Below the pieces are notes generated by a model that was not told the DNA's origin, ran no database searches, and saw only the letters and a program-made list of their open reading frames with translations. 64,000 nucleotides of DNA, taken from contig CP060767.1 of assembly GCA_023205875.1 (NCBI GenBank), forward strand, positions 372,001 through 436,000. The letters run 5' to 3'. Shown here piece by piece: positions 32,834 through 43,267 of this stretch. The DNA is from Chloropicon primus (Eukaryota). Within the stretch, counting starts at the first letter, position 1. Each line of letters starts with the position of its first letter. Position numbers and translations under genes: made by a program.

Positions 32834-33423
32834 CAGCCCTTATGATAAAAAAAAAACTTTTATAAATTTTCTTTTTTTCCTTTTTCTCATCATCGCCACG
32901 ATCACCGTTCTTTTCAGCCGAGGGGTCCTTTCGGAAGAGGAAAAAGAGGGCACGATGCAGGAAGAAGCCATCCTACCCCTCTGCCGCTGCCATCACCCAC
33001 CACCACCTTTCCTCCTCCCTCAATCTCATCAAGTGAGTTCTCTTTGGAAAGAGAGCAAGAGAGCACGAAAGTAGAAAGGAAAAGGAAGACGCCACGGATG
33101 CGATGCAACCAACCTCTCCTCCCTCCTCCCTCCTCCCACCATCACCATCACTGTGGCATCACACCATCATCATTCCACTTCATCCCCAATCTCTTCCTCT
33201 CTCTCTAGGGAGCAAGACTGAGCAAGTGAGGGCTTTTTGGAAAGATCAAGAGACAATGCACCCACTCATACAATCCCCCTCCTGCTCTGCCTCCCCTCCA
33301 TCACCACCCACCATCACCCATCACCGCCCACCATCACCATCACCATCATCATCTCTCAGGTTGATTTGTGAGGCCATAAAAGGTTTTCGGCTCCGGCGCT
33401 CGAGAGAGAGAGAGAGAGGAGTG

Positions 33424-33705
33424 ATGGCATGGCGAGGGCTCGGCGTACGAGCGAATGCTCTCGATGCTACGAAAGTGTCGAAGAGCGAGAGAGGCGTTCT
33501 CAAGGAGCGAAGGATGGAAGAAGTCATGCGCTCTGTTCCAGACTTCAACACTTTCATCGACAGGAAGACGTTCACGAGGAAGTTGCCGGAGATCATGCAG
33601 CTCAACATTGGCCTCTACTGCAACCAGGTGAGTGCCCGCTTCACCGAAACGAAACGGCCGACCGAATGTAACGCACGGACCAAAAGAAAGACACACGCAC
33701 GCACG

Positions 33706-33749
<44 letters not shown>

Positions 33750-33790
33750 GAGGGAGGGAGGGAGGGATGAAGGGATAGAAGGACAACGGT

Positions 33791-33827
<37 letters not shown>

Positions 33828-35018
33828 TTAGTTTCGGACTCGTTGCCCAGAGACCAAGAAGTTTCTTGCGGTCACAACTCGACGGAGATCCGAGGCTTCG
33901 TCGTCGTGGCACCTTGCCTTGATGTCCCTCCTCTTGCTGCTGGCGACATCCTTTCGGGGCGACGAGAGTTTGTTTGTTGTGGAGATTTTCTGACCTCCTT
34001 TTCCTTCTTCCTTCTTCCTTCTTGCTTTTGGTGCTTTGGTGCTCTGTGTCTTCTATCGGTTACCCATCGTATAGGCGTGCACTCATTGGTGAGTTGGCTT
34101 CCTTGACCTCTTTCTCTTGGTTTTCCTGTGCATGCATTGACACAGCCTTTGCTTTTGTGGTCCAGTCACGTGAACAGTTCGCCGGCGAGGACGGAGATGA
34201 TGGATAGGGAGACTGCGGAGAGGGTTCTGGCTCTCATTCCTTCTTCTCCATCCATCAAGACGCTGGACCTCACTGGCGGTGCACCTGAGCTCTGCGATTC
34301 GTTTCGGTTCCTCGTTGAAGGTGCCTCTGCTATGGGCTTGACGATACTGGATCGATGCAACTTGACTGTTCTGTCCGAGCCGGGGCAGGAGGACCTCGCA
34401 GACTTTCTCGCCGAACACAAAGTCCAGATCGTCGCTTCTCTGCCCTGCTACTCGGCGGACAATGTTGACGTAGTCCGAGGCAAAGGCGTGTTCGAAAGGA
34501 GCATTGATGGCTTGAAGAAGCTGAATAGCCTCGGTTACGGAGTGGAGGGAACTGGGCTGGAGCTCCACCTCGTGTACAACCCAAATGGCGCCTTCCTCGC
34601 GCCAGAGCAGGGCAAGCTTGAAGTTGCCTACAAAAGCGAGCTCAGCCAATGTTATGGGATCACGTTCAACAGTCTCCTCGCCTTGAACAACATGCCCGTG
34701 AACCGGTACTCGGAGTACCTGAATCGCACGAATGAGCTGGAGAAATACATGAACCTTTTGGTGGACAACTTCAACGAGCAGGCCGTGGACGGTCTGATGT
34801 GTCGGAACCTCTTCAGCGTCGGCTGGGACGGAAGGATATTCGATTGCGACTTTAACCAGCAGCTTGACATGCCGATCAAGGGACAGAAGAAGAGTCAGCT
34901 GACGGTCTTTGATATTGACAGCCTCGAGTCGCTTGCGAAGACGCCGATCAGCGTCGGGCAGCACTGTTTCGGCTGCACTGCTGGCTGCGGCTCGAGCTGT
35001 TCAGGCTCGACGAGCTGA
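33424..35018 (+). CDS. ArsS-like radical SAM protein (arsenosugar-biosynthesis family, Cys-rich tail); exons 33424-33627, 34075-34088, 34166-35018
   Basis: Splicing gives QLNIGLYCNQ|ACTHC|HVNSSP (CxxxCxxC). Also LDLTGGAPEL, DRCNLT, ASLPCY, LVYNP, LMCR...DCDFNQ and tail HCFGCTAGCGSSC. Confidence 0.88.
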
Positions 35019-35121
35019 TTTTTTTGGGGGGGGAGGGGGGGAGACGAGACCAACCGGGGGTTACGCGGGAATAACAGGTAGCGGATAAACACGTAAATTA
35101 ACAAAAACGAAAAAGAGTTCA

Positions 35122-36927
35122 CTACTGCTCAAAAATCGGGGAAGGCAGGGGGCTGGATCCGCCATCCACGCTCCTGGACTGACTCCTCTTGAACCTCTTT
35201 TGATTCTCAAAGTACATGTTCCACTTGGTGATGAACTCGTCCACAATTTCCGGCAGAACCTTCACTGCCTCGCTCGCTTCGGAAGAGTAAGAGATGCTTT
35301 CCAAGGACTCCGCGAGGGTTCTCACGATCTCAGAGTTTGTCTCGATCGACAAGGCCGTCAATGACTTGGTCTCCGAGATCTCGTTCACTACCTGGCCCGG
35401 GTGCAATTTCGCGGTCTGCTGCCTCTGACTTTGGACGGAGTGCCCCGCGCTGATCGAGCGGGCCAATCCCTCGAGCTCTTCCCCCCTCACCTCCTCGCCG
35501 ACGCTCCTCTCGTCCTTGGCCCAGTTCAAAAGGATCTTCGTTGACTTGGGCTTGATCTTGTTCGCGCACGAGTACAAGGACCTCGAAAGCTCGATGTTCT
35601 GGTCCTCCACAGCTTCCATGTGGGCCCACGAAGAGAACAGCTTCGCGGCTTGAGAAGTGGTCGGGCCCGACCAAATGCCCTCCTGAAAGAGCTCCCTCGC
35701 CCTGTCCACATCCTTGTCGAGCAGCCACTCCCCCATGGCCCACCCGTAGTAAGCGTACTGGTTCTTGTCGTCGATGTCGACCGCCTTCTCGAAGAGGTCC
35801 CTCGCCATCTCCATGTCCGCCTCGCACTTCTCCGACGACTTTGTGAACGAGTTGGCGTACCCCTGAGCGATCGCGGCGTCCGAAGGGAACAAGTCGCAGG
35901 CTTCCCTCAAAACCTCTCTCGCTTCCTCGATGTTCCCCCACCTCAGCTCCCACGTGCCGAGGCTCAACCAAGCGAACCTGGATTTCGCCCCTTTGAGGGA
36001 TTTTTGGAAGAGCTCCCTGCTCACCTTCTCGTTGCCCTGCTTCGCCTCCATGATTGCCCAAGCCGTGAGCGCCGGGCCGCAGTCCCTGAAGTTCCCGCTC
36101 GCCACCCCAAGCTTGTACCACTGCCTGGCGGCCTCGACGTCACTCTCGGACTCGGCCAGCCTCGCAAGGGCAACGTAGACGTGGGAGGCGGGCCGCTTGC
36201 CGTGGTCCGCTGCCGCGAGTCCCTTCACCAGCAGCTGCCTCGCCTTGGCCTTGTTCCCCTCCCTCTTCTCCAACATTGCCCAAGAGTGGTACGCCGATAT
36301 CAACGTCTTGTCAGCAGCTATCGCTGCATCAAAGAGCTGCCTCGCTCTCTGCACCCCCTTCCCCCCTCCGCTTCCTCCGTGCTTCCACTCCAGACTCCCC
36401 CAGACCTGCCACACGTGTGCGTTCTCCCCTTTGGTCGCCGCGCACCCGTCCTCGCAGACCTTCTTCGCCATGACAATCTTGTTTTGCCTTTCCAGTACTT
36501 TGGCTAATCCAACATAAGCTTTCCCATTCCTAGGTGACTTGGCAATCACTTGACGGAACAACTCCTCACTCTGCTTGTACAACACCTCCTTCCTGTCCTT
36601 CCTCCTCTCTCTGTCTCCATCTCTCGACTTCTTCCTCGCTCGATACAAACGAAGATCCGTGTCCACCTCAAGCGATGCCGAGGAGGACGAAGCTGATGGC
36701 GAAGAGGATGGCGAAGAGGATGGCGAAGACGAGGACAAGGCCTGCACCACGTACGTGAGGTGTTCGTGTTGTTGTGTCCTCTGTCCTCCTCTATTCCTCG
36801 TCGTCGTCCTCGTCCTCGTCATTGTCGTGAATGAAGGATGAAGGAATGGAGTGGAGATGTTTCGGCTTCTCCTCCACATCCTTCCTCCTCCCTTCACGAA
36901 GACTCTCCTCGCCATGCCGACCGTCAT
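35122..36927 (-). CDS. Plastid HAT/TPR-repeat RNA factor, Mbb1/HCF107-like
   Basis: Transit peptide; DTDLRLYRAR, GKAYVGLAK, EDGCAATKGENAHVWQVWG, ARQLFDAAIAADK and further HAT repeats. Confidence 0.82.
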   Translation of the reverse strand: MTVGMARRVFVKGGGRMWRRSRNISTPFLHPSFTTMTRTRTTTRNRGGQRTQQHEHLTYVVQALSSSSPSSSPSSSPSASSSSASLEVDTDLRLYRARKKSRDGDRERRKDRKEVLYKQSEELFRQVIAKSPRNGKAYVGLAKVLERQNKIVMAKKVCEDGCAATKGENAHVWQVWGSLEWKHGGSGGGKGVQRARQLFDAAIAADKTLISAYHSWAMLEKREGNKAKARQLLVKGLAAADHGKRPASHVYVALARLAESESDVEAARQWYKLGVASGNFRDCGPALTAWAIMEAKQGNEKVSRELFQKSLKGAKSRFAWLSLGTWELRWGNIEEAREVLREACDLFPSDAAIAQGYANSFTKSSEKCEADMEMARDLFEKAVDIDDKNQYAYYGWAMGEWLLDKDVDRARELFQEGIWSGPTTSQAAKLFSSWAHMEAVEDQNIELSRSLYSCANKIKPKSTKILLNWAKDERSVGEEVRGEELEGLARSISAGHSVQSQRQQTAKLHPGQVVNEISETKSLTALSIETNSEIVRTLAESLESISYSSEASEAVKVLPEIVDEFITKWNMYFENQKRFKRSQSRSVDGGSSPLPSPIFEQ

Positions 36928-36956
36928 GGTTTCGTGAACAGAACTCGAACAAGGAG

Positions 36957-36992
<36 letters not shown>

Positions 36993-37493
36993 TTTTTTCT
37001 CGGCAACGGAGGAGGAGAAAAAGATTCTCTCTGCGTGTGTGTGTGTGTGTGTGTGTGTGTTCTCTCTTGGGGGTCCTCGCTGGCGCTCTTGCCACAAGAG
37101 GCGCCTCGCCTCGTCGTCGCTCTCTGCTCTCGCTCTCTCCTGGCCCTGAGATTGGCTTCTGATTGGAGATCTCAACATTTCCATTCTACTTCAAATATGA
37201 AATTCGTGTGAAACGAGTTTTATACTATCACTAATTATTATCTAAGTTTGGAAAAGTTCATGGAAAGAGGATGAAGAGCTTTTTCCCCTCGTCCAGCCTC
37301 GAGTTAGGGGTGAGGTCAATGTCAATGCACTGGAGTCCGTGCAACTTCGTCCTGCATCCCCTTTCCATCTTGAGCCTCCCCCTCTCCTCGCCATCACGCT
37401 CTCTCTCTCTCTCTCTCTCACTCTGCAAAAATTCTGTGTGTGTTGTGCAGCATCCGAACAACAAAGGTCAAGCTCTGCCAATCGCATCATCCA

Positions 37494-38780
37494 TCATGTG
37501 GCCATCTGCTCAAGCAGCCACGAGGTGACCGCCGGAATCAAGTCCTTCGAGATCGCGGACGAATCCCTCGTCTGCTCGTAGACATCAAAGTCCAGGAGGG
37601 GCACACCCAGGAGCCTCGCGACGGGGAGCAGGGGCGCCAAAACCTGAACCATCGCCTCGTTGGTCCGAGAGCTCAGGAAACTGATGTGGCAGGGCGAGGC
37701 GGGTCCCGCGTACTTGAGGAACGCCGTCCTCGGGGCCTCGGAGTCGCCCGCCATGCTCGCTGACAGGCTCCTCGGAGAATCAAACTGGGGGACCGCGAAG
37801 CCAACCGAAGCCACCGAAGCGTTGATCCCCTCGATGCCGATGACGTTGTCCCCCTCGCTGGCTATCACGAGCAGGGGATCCAAAACTGCGTCCTCTTGCT
37901 GCTTGCGGAAGCCCGCAATCGCAACCCTGGCGCCAAACCTCCCCCTCGTCAACACGGCAGTCCCCGCACCCGCCGAGTGCCCAACCAAGGAGATGGAAGA
38001 TTTTTCCTTGATCCCAAACCTGTCGCTCAAGACCTGCGCCTGGACCTCCCGCAGGATGTCATCCCTCGCAGCGCCGATCCCGATGCCGTCCTGGCTGGCC
38101 TTGGGCAGAGTCTCGGAGCACGACAAGCTCTCCGCAAACTCAGGGGCAGCCACCACGAAGCCAGACTTTGCCAAACCTTCCGCTAAATCGACCAAGTCAA
38201 ACCTGCTGCCGAGATACCCGTGGCAGAGAATGACTGCTTTCAAGGAGGATCGGGACTCAAGACCAGCCACAGATCCAGAATCACCTGCGCAGATTCCTTT
38301 TCCAGGTTCTAATCCGAGCTCCTTGTCCAGGAAAGTTGGGAGCTTCCGACCCAGCCTGAACAGCACGGACGTTATCTTGGCGAGGCTTATCTTGTGCGAG
38401 TAAGGCCCTGCCGTAACGCACGCTCCCTCGCTTCCGTTTGCCGGCCACCACACAGATACTGGAACATCCTGCTCGTCTATGGTGATCCGCAAATCTTCGA
38501 AGAATGCTTTCGGTGAAGCCTCCGTGGATGTGGATGTGGATGCTGCCCTCGCACGGCTCGAAGTTGCTCCCATCACAAGGCTGGACAAGAAACCTCTCCT
38601 GCAGAGTCCATGACCATGGCTCTTTCTCCGTTCCACGACATCCTCAGCCGAGGGAATCCGCTTCCACCTTGCTGCTCCTGAGGAAGAGGAAGACCTTTTG
38701 CCTCCTGATGATGATGATGTTGGTAACGATGTGGACGCTCGCAACGTCCGTCGATTGAAGGAAGCCAAGAGTGGACTCAT
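37494..38780 (-). CDS. Plastid alpha/beta hydrolase (dienelactone hydrolase/PAF-AH-like), possibly lumenal
   Basis: Transit peptide, RRGFL twin-arginine-like motif and ARA site; HGYLGSRFD, GFVVAAPEF, nucleophile GHSAG, D (EGDNV) and H (PCHISF). Confidence 0.8.
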   Translation of the reverse strand: MSPLLASFNRRTLRASTSLPTSSSSGGKRSSSSSGAARWKRIPSAEDVVERRKSHGHGLCRRGFLSSLVMGATSSRARAASTSTSTEASPKAFFEDLRITIDEQDVPVSVWWPANGSEGACVTAGPYSHKISLAKITSVLFRLGRKLPTFLDKELGLEPGKGICAGDSGSVAGLESRSSLKAVILCHGYLGSRFDLVDLAEGLAKSGFVVAAPEFAESLSCSETLPKASQDGIGIGAARDDILREVQAQVLSDRFGIKEKSSISLVGHSAGAGTAVLTRGRFGARVAIAGFRKQQEDAVLDPLLVIASEGDNVIGIEGINASVASVGFAVPQFDSPRSLSASMAGDSEAPRTAFLKYAGPASPCHISFLSSRTNEAMVQVLAPLLPVARLLGVPLLDFDVYEQTRDSSAISKDLIPAVTSWLLEQMAT

Positions 38781-39448
38781 CCCGTGAAGCTTCTTGCTCG
38801 TACGCCTCGGCGCCGCTCGACAATTCCTTCACTGGCAGCGTCGCGTCGGCGTCAAAGCGGAGGAGGGAAGCCAGCGATTCATAGAGGAGGAGGAGAGATG
38901 CAGTGGGTTGGGGAGAGGAAAGGAGGTCAGAGGAGAGGAGAGGAGAGGTGAGTGATCTTGGGTTGTGTTATTGTTTAATTGTTGGAATCAATCCTCTCTG
39001 TGTTGGATTCTCGGTGGCTTTCGTGTCCTGTCATGAGGAGGCTTGGAGAACCTCATTAGGGCGTTAGGTTGGAGGGCCTGTGGAGGGGCTAAGTGAGGTC
39101 CAGCGGGGAGGCAGATGATTGGTTTTGATGTGTGTGTTATGGGGGCCTGTGTGGGTCCTTGGAATGCGTTGGTCTCAATCGCTTTGATCGATGACACTGA
39201 ACGGGAGGAGGGGCAAGCCAGATGATGTTGGCTCGCTTCACGGCGGTGGTAACGGCGGTGAAGGGGAAGCAAGGGAGTGGGAGGAAGAGTGATGGATGGA
39301 TGGATTCATGTTCAGGATGAGCAGGTGGGGGAGTGTTGTGTTATGATATAATACTTGTTTGTGTTGTTTTAGATGATGATGTTACATGGATGGATGGATC
39401 GGTCGGTCGGGAGAAACGAGGACGGGCGCGAGGACAGCCACCTTCATC

Positions 39449-40859
39449 TCAAGACTTCTCTCCGCAGGGGAAGCGATCGAGAGCATTGCTTGTGCCATCC
39501 ATGTAAAAGGCTCTGATGCCTTTGAGCCGCTCGAACTTGTCCGGGTGGTAGTTCACGTGGACGAGGACTGGCTTGACAGGTCTGCTCTTCTTTTTGAAGT
39601 TTGGAAAATCTCTCATGAAGCAAAAGAAAGTCTTGCTGTTGGCGAACTTGTGGATGTCCATGACTCGCCTTGACACGTTGGGTGACACGCCCCGGTGGAC
39701 TGAGCTTGGGAACTGGATGACCTCGTTGAAGACGGCCTGATCCCACCCCCCTTTTGTTTCCAGCCACTCGGCCGTGCCCACCATCGCCCGCAACCCCCCC
39801 GGAGTCGCTTTCACGTAAAACAGCCCAGAGTTGAACACGAAGATTCTCATGGTGTGCGCGTACCTCGACCAACCCATCTTGGGGTCATCGTACACGTCGT
39901 TGTACCCGTAAGCCGTCTGAAGGTCGTACCCATCGCTCATGGACTCGACGTCCGAGTCCCTCACGAGGTGCTTGAACGGGTCGTCGAGAACCAGAATATC
40001 GACATCGCTCATGAGTACGCTGTAACCCAAGTTCAAGCACCGCTCCAAGATTCTAAACTTCAGTGCAGAGACAGCGTGATTGTTCGTCCCGTGATCCTTT
40101 GGGACGACATCCTTCATGTTAAACGCCGGAGCCCCGAGTGACTTGACAAACGCCTCCGTCTCGTCGTCCAGACACATCACCAGGAAGTTTCGCACGCCAC
40201 TGGGTTTACGTTTACCCAAAGAAAAGATGTCCAGAGGATGGAAGAAAGCTGTCAGTGCACTGCTGGTTCACTCTTGTACCGTTTTTGTTCTCGACTTACC
40301 TGGCCTGCACGCTCCTGATCCACATATCTAACATGTATCCCGGAGCTGCAAGGTTCTTGTTGCTCACGGCGACGAGGACCTCGTTGTTGATCGCTACGTC
40401 TTCCAGTGTCTGTGACAGTGCGCTGGTGTCATGAACAACCGGAAGGACGCTTTGACCCTCTCCACAAACTGCTGTGGAAGGTATCTCTGCAGAGTTGCCA
40501 CCAAAGTTCCCAAAGTCTGTTCCCTCTGTGTTACCTGTATGCCCTTCCTCCACCCTTCTCTCGAGGTCCTCCAGCACCAACAAGGCCTGTTCCTTGTCAG
40601 GATGCGTCTCCAAGAATGCATCTTTGAGCAACCGGAGCCTTGCATTAACCCTTTCGAGTGCTCTCTTCGCTGCCCTTGCCTCATGGATGAAAGCATCAGC
40701 ACTACCTACACCTTGATACCCTGGCTCTGTCCCACTCTTGTGGCTCAGGAGTCCTAGGAAACCACCAAGGACTATGCCACTGAGGAGACACAGAGCGATA
40801 GTCTTGTACCCCAAGATGAAGGTACTGGATCCAAACCGAATGGAACCCAATCCCCTCAT
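39449..40859 (-). CDS. GT77 nucleotide-diphospho-sugar transferase, RRA-like arabinosyltransferase (intron 40200-40299)
   Basis: Type II TM; VQAS|GVRNFLVMCLD, VSALKF, DxD (SDVDI), RDSDVESMSDG, YDDPKMGWSRYAH, FNSGLFY, WDQAVFN, HVNYHPDK. Confidence 0.9.
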
Positions 40860-41191
40860 TCCTTCCAGCACCAAATCCCCTTCAAACAAACCAATCCAAA
40901 CCCAATCCTTTGTGCTCCAAGCTCCCAGCTCCACCCTTGCTTGTGTCAAGTCCCACCAAAAACTAAACTGTGTTGAAACGTTGGACGAGACAAGTCCCAG
41001 CAAGGAGGAGGAGTGAAGCTAATGGTAATGCCCGATGCCCGGTGCCTCCTCCAGTGATCCCAATCCACCAATGAACAAGTCTCTCTCGATGGGTTCTCTT
41101 CTCCACACACAGACCAGACAGAGACAGACAGTGACAGACAGACACAGACAGTGACAGACAAGGTGAGGTGTGTGAGGTGATGGAGGTGTGA

Positions 41192-42934
41192 ATGGAGGTG
41201 TGTCGTGGAGGGACGGAGAGGTATGAGAGGGAGACCTGGAGTGGTAGTACCCGATGGATGCTTTCCTCTAGCATGGGTCCATGTGGTCACAAGAAGCTTT
41301 GCGTTGGACCTGGAGGGGCTTGTGTGATAACGAGTGAAGGTGTTGAGATATTAGAAGCCGCTTTAAGGACACAACACCATGGGAAAGGGGAGGTGTCAGC
41401 AAATGAACTGAAACTGGTTCTGGAAACATGCAAGGAACATGTAAGAACCTTTGGGGATGGATCCATTCGGGTCGGGATGCTTGCTCTGGCGGGGACTGCC
41501 ACTGTACGAAGGATCATCGAGTCAGGTACACCTCGAGACAAGCGTAGGCTCCTGCAGTTGGTTCAGGATTATGGAAGTTTGATCCAAAGTTTTGAGGGCA
41601 TGTATCATGCAAGCGTGTCAGAATGTGGCAAGATGATCCCATTGGAGGCAGGGAACGAAGATATCGTCGCAGACGCGGTGATGAAGCTGGTTTTCACAAA
41701 GCTGTCCAGCAAGTGCTCTCCCTCGAACAGCAGGAGGTTCAGCCATCTTTTGAAGAAACTCCTACAGGTAGATGGACAAAAGGGTGATCAAGGGAAAGCA
41801 TTCGAAAACGACAAGCCGTTGCGGGAACGTTTCCTCGATCTCTTGAGTTTTTTCACGCGCTTTGACCCAATTGTAGTCATACCGGGCGCTCTTGTCTCTC
41901 ACTCTCAGGTCGTGGGAGGGATCTGCGCCCACTTGAGTTCAGCTGGGTCTCGCGTGGCAAAGAGCAGAGATCCCGAGAAAACCAAGCGATTCATTGTCGC
42001 AGCAAGCTCGCTGGAAGACTTTAGCATTGCCTCGTGTGACAAAGCTAGTGTCGTGGTCGAATCAAGTGTGGACTACTTGAGAGTGACCAACGATTTCGAT
42101 GCCTTGGTCAGACAGAGGCTGCGGAACTTGAAGGAAGTGTGGAAGGTCGATGCCATCGTGAGCACGAAAAGTTTCGGGGGCAGGGCCATTCTCTTTGCGG
42201 AGCAGTTGGGCTTGGAGCTCTTTTTCTGCCCAGATCAAACACAAGTGGACAGGCTATGCTGTGCATTTGAGATAATTCCCTTGGACTGTTATGAACTGAG
42301 CCAGAGGAATTTCACCGGTGCCGAGTGCCAGCTCGTGGTGATGTCAAAAAACTCGACTCTGCTCTTGAACGCAAGGCGGCCGCCCCCGGATCGAGTGAAC
42401 CGCTGCTGTGAACCAAGCATGAAAACTATTCTTTTGTGCTCACCAAACGCGTCCTCATGCGCCCAGAACAGCCGATTCCTGAGAGAGTCCGTGAACCTCG
42501 TAGCTGGGGCGGTGGAAGGAAATAGGCAGAAGGAAGCGTTCATGAAGATCGTTCCAGGGGGCTGTGCGATCGAGAAGCTTCTCCTTCATCAGATTGAAGG
42601 GTGCTTGAGCGGGTGCGCAGGCTCGAAGCTCTTTGGGCTCGAACTTCTCAGAGAAATGGTCAAGGATCAACTTACTTGGTGCTACAATAATGCTTCTGGA
42701 TCGGGATCCAGGAAGGCGAAAAAAGAGCTTCTGACGAATCTTCTGGATACAAGTAGCACGAGCGCCTGCGTTCTGGACTTGCGGAATTGTGGCGGCCGAG
42801 TCCTGAACAGAAAGCACAACCCTCTTCTCCTCGGCATAGTGCACTCGGCAAAGGCCTACAGGGAGGCTTACCAATCGGCACTGCAATTGGTCTACCAGGT
42901 GCTGAGGCTTTCGCCCCTTGCAGCGACACGATGA
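41192..42934 (+). CDS. Divergent group II chaperonin-like protein, BBS6/MKKS or BBS10 type
   Basis: SSMGPCGHKK...ITSEG.EIL, H...FGDGS (degenerate GDGTT), SQVVGG, VPGGCAIE. Too divergent for a canonical CCT subunit. Confidence 0.7.
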   Translation: MEVCRGGTERYERETWSGSTRWMLSSSMGPCGHKKLCVGPGGACVITSEGVEILEAALRTQHHGKGEVSANELKLVLETCKEHVRTFGDGSIRVGMLALAGTATVRRIIESGTPRDKRRLLQLVQDYGSLIQSFEGMYHASVSECGKMIPLEAGNEDIVADAVMKLVFTKLSSKCSPSNSRRFSHLLKKLLQVDGQKGDQGKAFENDKPLRERFLDLLSFFTRFDPIVVIPGALVSHSQVVGGICAHLSSAGSRVAKSRDPEKTKRFIVAASSLEDFSIASCDKASVVVESSVDYLRVTNDFDALVRQRLRNLKEVWKVDAIVSTKSFGGRAILFAEQLGLELFFCPDQTQVDRLCCAFEIIPLDCYELSQRNFTGAECQLVVMSKNSTLLLNARRPPPDRVNRCCEPSMKTILLCSPNASSCAQNSRFLRESVNLVAGAVEGNRQKEAFMKIVPGGCAIEKLLLHQIEGCLSGCAGSKLFGLELLREMVKDQLTWCYNNASGSGSRKAKKELLTNLLDTSSTSACVLDLRNCGGRVLNRKHNPLLLGIVHSAKAYREAYQSALQLVYQVLRLSPLAATR

Positions 42935-43267
42935 CAAGGAAAGCTTGTAATTCTCTAGTTCTGACTATAACGGTGTAACTTCTGTATTTTAATCCGTTCA
43001 TCCTGTCTTCGTGCAGTTTGGTGCCTGGGTTCTCGATCAGCTCCCCGATCCACCACAGATGTAAATTCGACTTTGCAGTCTGTTGTTGCGTCCATCCATG
43101 AAATGAGACACGCACCATCGTTATAATATAATATGACAAAAACCCAAAGTCTCTCTCTTTGTCCCCAGCATCCTGCGCCACGCCCGTCGCTCGTTGGGGA
43201 TTCCCTCTGACCGCATCGACCAGCCAATCATGTCGGCCCAGACGACCATCTCCTCAACAACTTTGAC

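Noticed and set aside
34990..35060. Selenocysteine read-through in the ArsS-like gene
   Set aside because: The relevant GSSC position is TGT (Cys); the TGA at 35016-35018 follows a complete tail and is followed by T/G homopolymers.
38830..39440. ncRNA (snoRNA or telomerase RNA) in the GT-rich gap
   Set aside because: Only isolated ATGA/CTGA and TTAGGG-like words; no coherent structure that I can support.
40294..40304. U1 snRNA 5' end (ACTTACCTGG), also at ~59259
   Set aside because: These are reverse complements of CAG|GTAAGT splice donors of minus-strand genes.
33424..40859. Arsenosugar gene cluster (ArsS-like plus nearby glycosyltransferase and hydrolase)
   Set aside because: The GT77 has clear RRA-type cell-wall motifs, an unrelated HAT gene intervenes, and no arsM is present.
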